DNA of 64,000 nt from Patescibacteria group bacterium (GCA_041645075.1 JBAZQS010000002.1:693-64692); one strand, 5' to 3'; shown: positions 38,354 to 49,266, counted from the first letter of the stretch. A program made the numbers and translations. The notes: generated from the sequence alone by a model not told the origin.

Positions 38354-38971
38354 ATGGATAAAATACCGGAAAAAGAATTGAGGATTTTAAAAAAATTGAA
38401 GACGCCGGTTAAGATTCAGGATTTTTTGGATAAAATGAAAATTAATTTTGAAAAAGACGGTGATACTTTTTTCTCGCCCCTGTCGGTATTGGAGAAAAGG
38501 ACTTGTCATTGTTGCGAGGGCGCGATTTTAGCGGCTTTGGCTTTGCGCGTCAATGGTTGGCCGCCCTTGGTCTTAGACCTTACGGCCAGTAAAAATGATT
38601 TTGACCATGTGGTGGCGGTTTTTCAAATAAACGGCAAGTGGGGAGCGATTTCTAAAACCAATCACGCGTGCCTAAGATATCGGGAGCCGGTTTATGCCTC
38701 AATCAGGGAATTGGTAATGAGTTATTTTCATGAGTATTTTGACGACCGGGGCCGAAAAAATTTAAGAAGCTATTCGCGGCCAGTTAATCTTAAACGGTTT
38801 GATTCCCGCAACTGGATGACCACCAAAAAACACATTGATTACATTCCTGAATATTTAGTGGAGGTAAAACATTATCCCATTCTTAACCGAAAACAGATTA
38901 GGAATTTGAGAAAAGCCGACCCGATTGAAATCAAGGCCGGTAAAATTACGGAATGGAAGGGAAATTTTTAA
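38354..38971 (+). CDS. Hypothetical protein (possible Cys-His papain/transglutaminase-like fold)
   Basis: CHCCEGAIL ... DHVVAVF spacing. Confidence 0.4.
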   Translation: MDKIPEKELRILKKLKTPVKIQDFLDKMKINFEKDGDTFFSPLSVLEKRTCHCCEGAILAALALRVNGWPPLVLDLTASKNDFDHVVAVFQINGKWGAISKTNHACLRYREPVYASIRELVMSYFHEYFDDRGRKNLRSYSRPVNLKRFDSRNWMTTKKHIDYIPEYLVEVKHYPILNRKQIRNLRKADPIEIKAGKITEWKGNF

Positions 38972-39032
38972 TTGGCCGATCTTATTGGCTGATCTTGATT
39001 TTTCCCAAAAATTTGTTTAGGATTAATTTGAT

Positions 39033-40118
39033 TTATGTCCTTTTTGATAGTTTTTTAACCCAATCTTTTACTCCTAAAATATCTTTTAAGCTGGGATTAA
39101 AAATTGGCTGGTGAGTTTTTAGAATTTTTTCAATAATTTTCGGAATATCTAAAAAGCTAATTTTATTTTCCAAAAACATTTCCACTGCCACTTCGTCAGC
39201 AAAATTCAGAGCCGCCGGCATTGTTCCCCCGATTTTCCCGGCCAAGTAAGCATAATTTAGACAGGGAAAGGTTTTGGTGTCCGGTTTTTGGAAAGATAAA
39301 TTTTTAATTTCGGCTAAATCTAAATTTTTCCAGGGATTTTGGAGGCGTTGTGGATAAAAAAGAGCATATTGGATAGGGAAGCGCATATCTGGCCGGGAAA
39401 GCAGGGCTTTTATGGTCCCGTCATTGAATTCTACCATTGAATGAATAATCCCTTCAGGATGAATCAAAACCTCGATTTTTTCAAGAGGCAGATCGAAGAA
39501 ATATTGAGCTTCGAGGACCTCAAAACCCTTGTTCATTAAGGTCGCCGAATCAACCGTAATTTTCGGCCCCATTTTCCAAACAGGGTGGGAAAAGACCTGT
39601 CCCTTTTTTATCGAATTTAAGTCCGCCTTTTTCCAATTCCTAAACGGTCCTCCGGAACAAGTTAGAATTATTCTTTTTAAGGTTTTTTTATCCTCTCCCC
39701 TGAGGCATTGGAGGATAGCCGAATGTTCTGAATCGAGGGGGAACAATTGAGCCCCGTATTTTTTTAAAGCCTTCTTTATTAGGGGACCGGCTGCCACTAA
39801 AATTTCCTTTGTTGCCAAAAAAATTATTTTTTTCTCTTTGATGGCCCTTAGGGTAGCTTCCAGGGCTACTGTTCCTGGAATGGCCACTACCACATTATTA
39901 ACCCAGGGGAAGCTCACCAATTTTTCAAGAGATTTTGGGCCATTTTCTTCGAGGACAACCATCCTTGGTTTAAATTCCTTTATTTGAGAAGTTAGTTCGG
40001 TTGTTTTATTTTTAGCAGCGATACCTACCACTTTGTAGGTTTGGGAATAAGCCCTGATTACCTCTAGAACCTGTCTGCCTATTGATCCGGTGGATCCTAA
40101 AATAATCAAATTTTTCAT
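39033..40118 (-). CDS. dxr: 1-deoxy-D-xylulose 5-phosphate reductoisomerase
   Basis: N-terminal ILGSTGSIGRQVLEVI NADPH-binding motif. Confidence 0.85.
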   Translation of the reverse strand: MKNLIILGSTGSIGRQVLEVIRAYSQTYKVVGIAAKNKTTELTSQIKEFKPRMVVLEENGPKSLEKLVSFPWVNNVVVAIPGTVALEATLRAIKEKKIIFLATKEILVAAGPLIKKALKKYGAQLFPLDSEHSAILQCLRGEDKKTLKRIILTCSGGPFRNWKKADLNSIKKGQVFSHPVWKMGPKITVDSATLMNKGFEVLEAQYFFDLPLEKIEVLIHPEGIIHSMVEFNDGTIKALLSRPDMRFPIQYALFYPQRLQNPWKNLDLAEIKNLSFQKPDTKTFPCLNYAYLAGKIGGTMPAALNFADEVAVEMFLENKISFLDIPKIIEKILKTHQPIFNPSLKDILGVKDWVKKLSKRT

Positions 40119-40897
40119 TTTAAAATATTTAACCCCTTATTTTGAGGATGACAGATAAAAATGTCGCCATTAAAATTTTTAAAATTTTCGGCAATTTTTT
40201 TAGCTAATTTATAATTATTCGTTCCACAAAAAATGGTTGGACCCGAACCAGAAAGTTTGGGTTTTAGATTAAATTTTAAAAAACATTTTTCTGCCTTTTT
40301 GATTTCCGGACAAATTTCTCGATTTATTTCCAAAAAACTTTTCCCTGTTTTATCATAAAGATTATAAATCGCCTTGGTTTCGACTCTTTTATGGGGGCGG
40401 GAAAGCACAAAAAATTTCGGCACTCTTAGTTTAATCGACGTAACTAATTCCCCAATTCCTTCAATCCGGCAAGTCCCGCCGTAAAAGAAAAAGGGAACAT
40501 CCGAACCCACCCTTATCCCAATTTCCCCCAACTCCTTTAGTGATAATCTCAAATTATAAAGCTTATTCAAGGCGATTAAGGTGGCGGCAGCATCCGTGCT
40601 GCCGCCACCGAGACCAGCGGCAATGGGAATGACTTTTTGAAGGTGAATCCGGCAGGGCAGTTTTCGTTTAAGCTCTTTTTCCAAAATTCTTTTCGCTCTT
40701 AAAATAATGTTTTCCGATTCAGGACAGATAATACTGCCTGAAAAACAATCTTTTTTTGATTTCTCAAATAGTAAAAAATCAGCCAAATCAATTGATTGAA
40801 AAGTGCTTTCAATATTATGATAGCTGTCTGGTCTTTTGCCTAAAATTTTAAGATTAAGGTTTATTTTCGCATTCGCCTGAATTAAAATCGATTTCAT
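40115..40897 (-). CDS. ispE: 4-diphosphocytidyl-2-C-methyl-D-erythritol kinase
   Basis: AKINLNLKILGKRPDSYHNIESTFQSIDL; GHMP kinase Gly-rich motif. Confidence 0.8.
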   Translation of the reverse strand: MKSILIQANAKINLNLKILGKRPDSYHNIESTFQSIDLADFLLFEKSKKDCFSGSIICPESENIILRAKRILEKELKRKLPCRIHLQKVIPIAAGLGGGSTDAAATLIALNKLYNLRLSLKELGEIGIRVGSDVPFFFYGGTCRIEGIGELVTSIKLRVPKFFVLSRPHKRVETKAIYNLYDKTGKSFLEINREICPEIKKAEKCFLKFNLKPKLSGSGPTIFCGTNNYKLAKKIAENFKNFNGDIFICHPQNKGLNILK

Positions 40898-41212
40898 TCT
40901 TTTATTGTATCAAATTTTACTGATTAGAGAAATAAACAATGTTTCGGCGGACTAGACTTTTTATTTTGGAAAATAAATTTTCGGCGGGCAGTTCGTCAGT
41001 TCAGATTTTGTTTTTTGGATTTATGGATTAAATTCGGCAAAGTAATCGTGAAAGTTTGTTGATATTCTTGTTGAGGAGCCAATCATAAAAGAAAGCGGTT
41101 CAAACCGCTTTTTTTATAGTTGGCAAAAAACCAGATTTATGTTAAGGTTGCGGCTAGAAACGGCTTTATAAGCTGATTGTACTTTTTTCAATCTAATAAG
41201 GAGAATAAGGTC

Positions 41213-42811
41213 ATGCTAGACACCTTTAAAAGAGCCACGGCAGAGGTTTTGGCCGCCATCCATCAGGAAATGAAGATTCGCCGGACAAATGAGGTTTTCC
41301 TTTTATTCACCATGGGAAGCCAGTTTGACCATTTGATTTTCCAGGCCCTAAGCAAGCTTGGAATTTATTGTCTTATTGCCGACCCGGCTTCGGTCACGGC
41401 CACTGATGTTTCCGCGCTCAAACCAGTGGGCATTATAATTTCAGGCGGACCCGCTTCGGTTCAGGCCGAGCCGCCGCCATTTGATGAAAAAATTTTTGAC
41501 CTCGGCATCCCGGTGCTTGGCATTTGCCTTGGGTTTCAGATGTGGGCAAAACATATTGGCGTTTGCGTGGCGTCGTCTCTTCATAAGGAATTTGGCACGC
41601 ATCAGGCAATAGTAATATCCGATAGCGGGCTTTTTAATGGTTGTGATTCAATAATTTCCGTGCTTCAGAGCCATGGCGATCAAGTAGAATTCAATGATCG
41701 CCTGAAAATTTTGGCTTTAACCTCCAAAATTCTGTCCGCGGCTTCATATCAGCATTTATATGGCGTGCAATTCCATCCCGAAGTCACGGAAACCATTTGC
41801 GGACCGCTTATTTTTCAAAATTTTTGTTTTAAAATTTGCGGCGCTAAGGATTGTTTTCCGGCGCATAACGTCGCTGAGCAAAAAATTATTCAGCTTCATG
41901 AAGAAGTCGGTGATAAAAGAGTTCTCCTCGCGCTCTCGGGCGGATCGGACTCATCAACCGTGGCTTATCTGCTGAAGGAGGCAATCAAAAATCAAGCTGG
42001 TCAAATCCGAGCGGTTTATATCAAGGGACTTGACCGTCCTGATGACGAATTATTCGTCCGAAAGCATTTTAGCCATCAATCATGGCTGGAGCTTGTCATT
42101 ATTGATGCCACTGTTCAATTTTTGGAAGCGCTTGCCGGAAAGAGCGGTATGCGAGATAAGCGTCTGGCCATGCGCTCGGTCTATAAGGATATTTTAGAAG
42201 TTCAAGCCAAAGAGTTTGGCGCTGATTTCATCGCTCAAGGCACCTTATACACCGACATTTCCGAAAGCGGCGGCGGTCTGGCCAGTGGCGCGCGAAAAGC
42301 GGTAATTAAAATTCACCATAATACCAACTTGGGATTTAGCCTTCCCGAGCTTACGCCCCTTGATGATTGCGTTAAAGACGGGGGACGCAATATTGGCCGA
42401 GACATTGGCGTGCCCGAAGAGCTTTTGGTCCGCCATCCATTTCCCGGTCCCGGCCTTGCGGTTCGGATTGAAGGAGAGGTTACGGCCGAAAAACTGGCTA
42501 TGGCCCGACAGCTCGACGGTATTTATATTGAGGAGCTTCGCCGAGCCGATCTTTATCGGCAAATATGGCAAGCGGGAGCCGTGGTTACTCTCTCAATCCA
42601 CACTTATACCAAAGGCGATGATGCCGGTAGCGGACCCGTTATTGCCCTGTGGGCGGTTTGGAGCGTGAATGGATTTACGGCCCGAGCCGCTTTCCTGCCC
42701 CCTGATTTTATTGAGCATTTAATTCGGCGAATCGGAAACGAGGTTTTAGGCATCGGCGCCATTGTTTATCGCTATTCCGACAAGCCACCCTCTACTATTG
42801 AGTGGGGATAG
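41213..42811 (+). CDS. guaA: GMP synthase (glutamine-hydrolysing)
   Basis: GATase GICLGFQ; PP-loop SGGSDSS; C-terminal IEWG. Start placed after the AAGGAG RBS. Confidence 0.85.
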   Translation: MLDTFKRATAEVLAAIHQEMKIRRTNEVFLLFTMGSQFDHLIFQALSKLGIYCLIADPASVTATDVSALKPVGIIISGGPASVQAEPPPFDEKIFDLGIPVLGICLGFQMWAKHIGVCVASSLHKEFGTHQAIVISDSGLFNGCDSIISVLQSHGDQVEFNDRLKILALTSKILSAASYQHLYGVQFHPEVTETICGPLIFQNFCFKICGAKDCFPAHNVAEQKIIQLHEEVGDKRVLLALSGGSDSSTVAYLLKEAIKNQAGQIRAVYIKGLDRPDDELFVRKHFSHQSWLELVIIDATVQFLEALAGKSGMRDKRLAMRSVYKDILEVQAKEFGADFIAQGTLYTDISESGGGLASGARKAVIKIHHNTNLGFSLPELTPLDDCVKDGGRNIGRDIGVPEELLVRHPFPGPGLAVRIEGEVTAEKLAMARQLDGIYIEELRRADLYRQIWQAGAVVTLSIHTYTKGDDAGSGPVIALWAVWSVNGFTARAAFLPPDFIEHLIRRIGNEVLGIGAIVYRYSDKPPSTIEWG

Positions 42812-42814
42812 TAT

Positions 42815-42845
42815 GAGATGGTTACAAAACTATATTTCTCTAAAT
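42815..42845. repeat. Solo terminal inverted repeat of MITE family C (GAGATGGTTACAAAACTATATTTCTCTAAAT)
   Basis: 31-nt identity with the left TIR of the MITE at 62973-63156. Confidence 0.7.
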
Positions 42846-42983
42846 CCGATTATCTTATAAAAGAGATGGTCGGTTTTTTTTGATTTTTAAATAACAAATT
42901 TTATCCTCTCTTGATTAAATAATCAAATTGTGATATAGTTACCAGAGGTCATCGCGCCTATTCTAATTAATTAAAAAATTACA

Positions 42984-43139
42984 ATGGACGACCAACAGAA
43001 CCCGGCAGTGGATCCTCAAAAAGAGGCCACGGCTGTGGAAGAATCAACAGAAGAGCAGACAGAAGAAGAAACTTCAACACCGGAAGTCACAACCGAAGAA
43101 GAAGTTACACCTGAAAAAACCGAAGATACACAAGAGTAA
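42984..43139 (+). CDS. Small acidic protein (51 aa)
   Basis: ORF MDDQQNPAVDPQKE...EDTQE directly followed by a strong terminator hairpin at 43147-43184. Confidence 0.4.
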   Translation: MDDQQNPAVDPQKEATAVEESTEEQTEEETSTPEVTTEEEVTPEKTEDTQE

Positions 43140-43251
43140 ATTTCAAATCCCACCCTTACCGGTGGGATTTGTTTTTTTATTTTAATTTTAGAAGCCAGAT
43201 TAAGAATTTAAATTTGACTATAAACCGCATTGGTAATAAAATTAATTAATT

Positions 43252-44250
43252 ATGAATATAGAAAAATTATTTACAATCTTAAAAGAACAACCCGTCTATC
43301 GCGTCAAGCAAGTCAAAACCGCGATTTTTAAAAATTTAATAGATGACTGGGCCGGGGCATTAAATTTGCCGCTTACTTTGCGCGAAGAATTAAATAAGGA
43401 CTGTCCACTACAAATTGACGGCCAAGTTTTTCAATCCACCGATAAATCATTTAAGTCGCTTATTACTTTGGCCGATGGTTTAAAAATTGAGTCGGTTTTG
43501 CTTGGCCATAAAGACGGCCATCACACCATTTGTGTTTCTTCGCAGATTGGCTGTCCGCTCAAGTGCGGATTTTGCGCGACCGGACAAATGGGTTTTAAAA
43601 GAAATCTAACCGTCTGGGAAATTGTGATGCAGGTTTTGTTTTTTTTGAGATATTTGAAAGCCAAAAAAATTGATTTGGAAAAATCAATTAATGTGGTTTT
43701 TATGGGCATGGGCGAGCCGTTTTTAAATTATGATAATGTGATGGCGGCGATAAAAATTTTAAACGATAAAGACGGGCTCAATATCGGCGCGCGGCATATT
43801 TCAATTTCCACCGTCGGCATTATTGAGGGGATAAATAAATTAGCCAAAGAAAATTTGCAAGTTAACCTGGCGATTTCTTTGCATGCGCCGGAAGATTCTC
43901 TTCGTTCAAAACTGGTGCCGGTCAATGAAAAATATTCTATTGGAAAAATACTATCTGCTGTTGATAGCTATATTGAAAAAACCTCTCGCCGGGTGATGTT
44001 TGAATATATTCTCGTTGATGGCGTCAACGACCGCGAAAAGGACGCGGAACAGTTAGCGGCCTTAATGGACCGTCCTTTATACTTTGTTAATTTAATCTCT
44101 TATAATCCCACGGGTAAATTCAAACCGTCGTCCGCGGAGAATATTAATCGCTTTCGCCAGACCTTACAGCGTTCGGGAATTTTTGTGACCCAGCGCTATC
44201 ATTTTGGCGGTAAAATCAAAGCCGCTTGCGGCCAACTGGCAGGTGATTGA
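43252..44250 (+). CDS. rlmN: 23S rRNA (A2503-C2) methyltransferase RlmN (radical SAM)
   Basis: CPLKCGFCATG radical-SAM motif; MGMGEPFLNYDNV. Confidence 0.85.
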   Translation: MNIEKLFTILKEQPVYRVKQVKTAIFKNLIDDWAGALNLPLTLREELNKDCPLQIDGQVFQSTDKSFKSLITLADGLKIESVLLGHKDGHHTICVSSQIGCPLKCGFCATGQMGFKRNLTVWEIVMQVLFFLRYLKAKKIDLEKSINVVFMGMGEPFLNYDNVMAAIKILNDKDGLNIGARHISISTVGIIEGINKLAKENLQVNLAISLHAPEDSLRSKLVPVNEKYSIGKILSAVDSYIEKTSRRVMFEYILVDGVNDREKDAEQLAALMDRPLYFVNLISYNPTGKFKPSSAENINRFRQTLQRSGIFVTQRYHFGGKIKAACGQLAGD

Positions 44251-44340
44251 CTTTTCTGAATTTTTTAGGTAAATTATAGGCACTATATTGGAGGGTATAC
44301 GCACCTTCTATTTTTATTTTAAAGCAAAGGAGAATGCTTA

Positions 44341-45072
44341 ATGTCGCATTCTACAGAATTGCCACCCGAGCGATTGCTTAAAGTATCAGCAAAAGAACTC
44401 GAGATGAAACGATTTGAGTCATCGGAAATTGAAGCAATTTTTAGGGCCTGCAATGCCTTTTGGTTGCATAATGGCAACCCAAAGAAACCGCACGTGGTTT
44501 TGACCTCGGGCCTTTGCAGTAATGGCTACATCAATTGCCGCGAAGTGCTTAAACGCAGTAATCTTTGCCAAATCATGGCCCAGCAACTTGTCTATTTACT
44601 TGAGCACTATCGGAGTTGGCTTGATAATTTTAATAACCCCATCGAATGGGTGGTTGGTTCGGCTTCGGCCTCAACCGGTCTTGCCAAAGACGTGGCCAAT
44701 ATCCTCGGCGCCAAATGGTACCCGCTTCAAAAGGGTCCGGACAAAACCCAGATTTGGGACGGGGTGATTATTGAAGAGGGAGAAACGGTTCTGCACGTTG
44801 AGGAATTAATGACCACGGCACTCACCGCCAAAATGGTGCGGCAAGGCATTAAAGCGGCGCATAAACACCCGATTAATTTCCTGCCGTTTTTGCCGGTCAT
44901 CATTCATCGCCCGGATCGTGGCGAAGGTGATGAGGTAGATGGCAGTAAAGTTATCCACCTTAATCATTATGACATTTGGGCTATGCCGCAAGAAAATTGT
45001 CCGCTTTGCGCTCAGGGTTCGGAGCGCATCGTGCCCAAGGGTGAAAATTGGAATCGGCTGATTAACGGCTGA
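44341..45072 (+). CDS. Type I phosphoribosyltransferase (orotate PRTase-like)
   Basis: PRPP-binding-like VLHVEELMTTALTA; adjacent to pyrF. Confidence 0.5.
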   Translation: MSHSTELPPERLLKVSAKELEMKRFESSEIEAIFRACNAFWLHNGNPKKPHVVLTSGLCSNGYINCREVLKRSNLCQIMAQQLVYLLEHYRSWLDNFNNPIEWVVGSASASTGLAKDVANILGAKWYPLQKGPDKTQIWDGVIIEEGETVLHVEELMTTALTAKMVRQGIKAAHKHPINFLPFLPVIIHRPDRGEGDEVDGSKVIHLNHYDIWAMPQENCPLCAQGSERIVPKGENWNRLING

Positions 45073-45107
45073 TTTAAAATCTCAAACGAAAAAGAGGACG
45101 CTTATCA

Positions 45108-45965
45108 ATGAATTTAGAACCCGATGCAAGCTTCAATGACATTCTGTTTGCGGTCCAGGCAAATCGCATGAGTCACTTATGTGTTGGTCTTGATCCCGAC
45201 CAAAAATTATGGCCGATTCATATTCCGTTTACGCCCAATGGCCTGCTTCGTTGGGCCAAGGCCATTGTGGATGCCACCGCAGAGTATGCCTGCATTTTCA
45301 AGCCCAATGCCGCCTTCTGGGAAGTCATGAGAGCGGAGCGGCAATTGGAAAAGTTGATCGCCTACATTCAGGAAAATTTGACCCAGGCAATTTTTGATGG
45401 CAAACGTGGCGACATCGGCGCAACCGCTGAAAAATATGCCCAAGCGGTTTTTGGCAATTATAATGCCGATGCGGCGACCGTTAATCCATATTTGGGCTTA
45501 GATACGCTTGACCCGTGGATTGAGGCGGGACAAGGCCGAGCGATTTTCGTGCTTTGCCATACCACCAATCCCGGCGCCAAGCAAACCCAGGAAAAAAAAC
45601 TTGCCTCTGGGGAGATGATCTTTGAGGATCTGGCGCATGAGCTTTCGTTAAAACACGTCAGCATTCAAGGAGACCGGGGCAAGAATTGTCAAATCGGCTT
45701 GGTCATGGCCGCGACCTTTCCCGATCAGATTAAGGCGCTTTATGGCAAAATCGCCATGAACATGCCTCTACTTCTGCCGGGCGTGGGCAAGCAAGAGGGG
45801 GATTTGAAGGCGACTGTGGCCAATGCCAAAATTTATCCTTTCTTTATTAATGTCTCCAGCAAAATCGGCCACGCGTCAACTGGTCGGAGTTTTGCCAGAG
45901 ACGCCGCCCTGGCCGCCAAGAAATACCGCGACGAAATCAATCAGGCCCTGGCCGAAGCCGGGTAA
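45108..45965 (+). CDS. pyrF: Orotidine 5'-phosphate decarboxylase (type 2)
   Basis: LCVGLDP and KPNAAFWE motifs. Confidence 0.75.
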   Translation: MNLEPDASFNDILFAVQANRMSHLCVGLDPDQKLWPIHIPFTPNGLLRWAKAIVDATAEYACIFKPNAAFWEVMRAERQLEKLIAYIQENLTQAIFDGKRGDIGATAEKYAQAVFGNYNADAATVNPYLGLDTLDPWIEAGQGRAIFVLCHTTNPGAKQTQEKKLASGEMIFEDLAHELSLKHVSIQGDRGKNCQIGLVMAATFPDQIKALYGKIAMNMPLLLPGVGKQEGDLKATVANAKIYPFFINVSSKIGHASTGRSFARDAALAAKKYRDEINQALAEAG

Positions 45966-46090
45966 AAAGTGACAACCACCTTTGCGGTTACTGCCAGCTT
46001 AGCCCAAAAGAAAAAATAGAACAATAATAAATCCGCATCCAAAAAAGATGCGGTTTTTTAATTTTTACAAATTATGATAAACTTTAATTT

Positions 46091-49000
46091 ATGAGCAACA
46101 ACTTGGAAAATTTAAATAGCGAACAGCAACAAGCGGTTATCCACGACGATGGACCGCTTTTAATCGTGGCTGGCGCCGGCACGGGCAAAACCACGGTGAT
46201 TACCCAACGCATTTCATATTTGATTAATGAAAAAAAATGCCGGCCCGAGGAAATTTTGGCTTTAACTTTCACGGATAAGGCCGCCGGAGAAATGGAGGAA
46301 AGGGTGGATCGCCTCTTGCCTTACGGCTATGTGGATTTATGGATTTCCACCTTTCATGCTTTTGCCGAACGCATTTTGAAAGACCATGGTTTGGAAATCG
46401 GCCTGCCCAATGATTTTAAACTACTCTCCGCGACCCAGCAATGGCTGATTGTCCGCCAGAATTTAGATAAATTCAATCTTGACTATTATCGTCCGCTTGG
46501 CAATCCCACTAAATTTATTCACGCTTTAATAAAACATTTTTCCCGCGCCAAAGATGAAAATATCAGCGCCCAAGATTATCTTAAATATGTGGAGGATTTA
46601 AAAATGAATTCTGACTCGGCCGAATACGTCAGAACCATTATTGACGAAGAAACCGCTAACCAACTTTCTAAAAAAGAATTAAAAGAGGTTTTGGCGCATG
46701 AAATTTTAAAACAGGAAGAAGTGGCTAATGCCTATCATATTTATCAGCAGTTGTTATTGGATAATAATGCTTTGGATTTCGGTGATTTGATAAATTATTG
46801 CCTCAAATTATTCAGCGAAAGAAAAAATCTGCTCGCCAAATACCGCAGTCAATTCAAATATATTTTGGTAGACGAATTTCAGGATGTTAATTATGCCCAA
46901 TATGAATTAGTAAAAATCATCGGAGCTCCTAAAAATAATATTACCGTTGTTGGAGATGATGATCAATCAATCTATCGGTTCCGCGGGGCATCCATTGCCA
47001 ATATTTTACAGTTCAAAGATGATTACCCGAATCTTAAAGAAATATTTTTGACCGCCAATTACCGCAGCCGGCAGAATATTCTGGACCTGTCTTATAAATT
47101 CATTCAGCAGAATAATCCTTATCGGCTGGAAGTGAAATTAGCCAAAGATAAAAAATTATGCAAAGTATTAAGAGCCGAACAAGAGGGAATAGCCGAGATA
47201 TCGCATCTGCACGGCCACGCTTTGGCCGACGAAGTTAAAATTACGGTGGAAAAAATAATTGAACTGTATAATAAAAGTAAAAACACAAATTGGTCTGATT
47301 TTGCGATTTTGGTGCGTGCCAATGCCAGCGCCAACAATTTTATTTACGCGCTTGAGCGGGCCGATATCCCGTATAATTTTGTGGCTTCCCGGGGGCTTTA
47401 CGCCAAAAACGTGGTCTTGGATATTTTGGCGTATTTAAAATTATTGGATAATTATCATGAGAGTTCGGCCATGTATCGGATATTATCTTTGCCGATTTGG
47501 GGCTTTGACGCCCGCGACATTATCAATCTTAATTATTGGTCCAAGCGCAAGGGCTGGTCTGTTTATGAATCTATGAAGCAAACCGCAATTTTAAATAATA
47601 TTTCTCATGAAGGCAAAAAACGTTTTGAGCAAATTTTAGGCCTGATTGACCGCCACGGCCAGATGATCCGAGAAAACAAAAATACCACGGAAATTATCCA
47701 GGCCTTTCTGATTGATACGGGCTATCTGAAAAATTTAACCGCCATAGACAATCAAATTCATAGAGAGCAATTAAATTATCTAAATCAATTTTATAAAAAA
47801 GTTCAGGAATTTGAATTGGAAACCGACGAAAAAGGCGTAAGAAATTTTTTGGCCTTAATCGGACTGGAGCTTGAATCGGGCGAAGAGGGAACATTGAAAC
47901 AAAACCTGGAAGAGGAGGGGCCGGATGCGGTCAAAATCATGACCGTGCACGCGGCCAAGGGACTGGAATTTAAATATGTTTTTATTGTTAACTTGGTAGA
48001 TAAAAAATTTCCTTCCGTGAGCCAGTCCGAGCCCATTGAGTTGCCGGAAAAATTAATTAAGGAGATTACGGCCGAGGGCGATATCCATTTGCAGGAGGAA
48101 AGGCGATTATTTTATGTGGGTATGACCAGAGCCAAGGAAGGCCTGTATTTTACTTCGGCCGATGATTACGGCGGGAACAGAAAGAAAAAACTATCCAGAT
48201 TTTTAATTGAGCTGTCAGAGGCGGGTTTGGAATTATCTTCCTCCGAATCCCCCCTCCCCTTTACAAGGGGAGGGTTGGGGAGGGGTCTTGTTGGTGAAGA
48301 TAAATTAGACACGCCAAATAAAAAGAAAGAGATAATTGAAAATTTACTCCCGGCTACTTTTTCTTTCAGCCAGATCAGGGCTTTTGAAAGTTGCCCCTAT
48401 CAATATCGTTTTGCTTATATTTTAAAAGTCCCGACCAAGGGCAACCCCCAATTTTCTTTCGGCAAGACCATCCACTCAACATTGCAGAAATATTTCCAAT
48501 TGGCTAATTTGCGAAAAATGAGCCGGCAGAAGAATTTATTCGGCGATGAAACGGCGTCAAAAATTCCCACCGGCGAAGAATTATTAAAAATTTATGAGAC
48601 GTCGTTTATTGACGATTGGTATCCGGACCGCAAAACCAAAGAGCAATATTTTGAAAAAGGGAAAAAAGCGCTTAAAGAGTTTTATGAAAAACACAAAGAT
48701 AATTTGCCCGAGGTTAAATTTTTGGAATACCCGTTTAATTTGAAAATTAAAAATGACGCGGTTTATGCTTTTTTTGGCGTGATTGACCGGGTAGATAAGA
48801 CAAATGAGGGGATAAGGATTGTTGATTACAAAACCGGCCGAGTAAAAAATAAATTAGAGCCGGAAGATAAGGAACAGCTTTTAATCTATCAATTAGCCGC
48901 CCAGGAAGTGATGAAAGAAAAGGTTAAAGAATTAATTTTTTATTATATTGAAGAAAATAAAGAAATGGCATTTTTGGGGACGGACAAAGAGTTGGATAAG

Positions 49001-49117
49001 TTAAAGAAAAAAATTATCGCTATCATAGAGGAAATTAAAAAGGGAAGTTTTCCGCCCAAACCGGGAAATATCTGCCAGTGGTGCGATTTTAATTCCATTT
49101 GCGAGTTTAAGGGATAG
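46091..49117 (+). CDS. UvrD/PcrA-family helicase fused to a C-terminal Cas4/RecB-like PD-(D/E)xK nuclease with an Fe-S Cys cluster
   Basis: AGAGTGKTT motif I, helicase motifs, C-terminal CPYQYRF ... CQWCDFNSIC. In-frame GC palindrome at 48248-48287. Confidence 0.85.
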   Translation: MSNNLENLNSEQQQAVIHDDGPLLIVAGAGTGKTTVITQRISYLINEKKCRPEEILALTFTDKAAGEMEERVDRLLPYGYVDLWISTFHAFAERILKDHGLEIGLPNDFKLLSATQQWLIVRQNLDKFNLDYYRPLGNPTKFIHALIKHFSRAKDENISAQDYLKYVEDLKMNSDSAEYVRTIIDEETANQLSKKELKEVLAHEILKQEEVANAYHIYQQLLLDNNALDFGDLINYCLKLFSERKNLLAKYRSQFKYILVDEFQDVNYAQYELVKIIGAPKNNITVVGDDDQSIYRFRGASIANILQFKDDYPNLKEIFLTANYRSRQNILDLSYKFIQQNNPYRLEVKLAKDKKLCKVLRAEQEGIAEISHLHGHALADEVKITVEKIIELYNKSKNTNWSDFAILVRANASANNFIYALERADIPYNFVASRGLYAKNVVLDILAYLKLLDNYHESSAMYRILSLPIWGFDARDIINLNYWSKRKGWSVYESMKQTAILNNISHEGKKRFEQILGLIDRHGQMIRENKNTTEIIQAFLIDTGYLKNLTAIDNQIHREQLNYLNQFYKKVQEFELETDEKGVRNFLALIGLELESGEEGTLKQNLEEEGPDAVKIMTVHAAKGLEFKYVFIVNLVDKKFPSVSQSEPIELPEKLIKEITAEGDIHLQEERRLFYVGMTRAKEGLYFTSADDYGGNRKKKLSRFLIELSEAGLELSSSESPLPFTRGGLGRGLVGEDKLDTPNKKKEIIENLLPATFSFSQIRAFESCPYQYRFAYILKVPTKGNPQFSFGKTIHSTLQKYFQLANLRKMSRQKNLFGDETASKIPTGEELLKIYETSFIDDWYPDRKTKEQYFEKGKKALKEFYEKHKDNLPEVKFLEYPFNLKIKNDAVYAFFGVIDRVDKTNEGIRIVDYKTGRVKNKLEPEDKEQLLIYQLAAQEVMKEKVKELIFYYIEENKEMAFLGTDKELDKLKKKIIAIIEEIKKGSFPPKPGNICQWCDFNSICEFKG

Positions 49118-49237
49118 CTTGTAGGAATTAGCTTGTAGCTGGTAGTTTTATAAATAAAAAAATATAAATAGCCGATTTTTGGCTATTTTATTTTGGCCAA
49201 ATTTAGAGTAAATAATCATTAAAACTTTTTGGTGGTC

Positions 49238-49266
49238 TTGACAATTTTAGCCACATGTGCTATAAT
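49238..49266 (+). promoter_or_regulatory. Perfect consensus sigma70-type promoter (TTGACA-17-TATAAT)
   Basis: ttgaca attttagccacatgtgc tataat. Confidence 0.65.
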
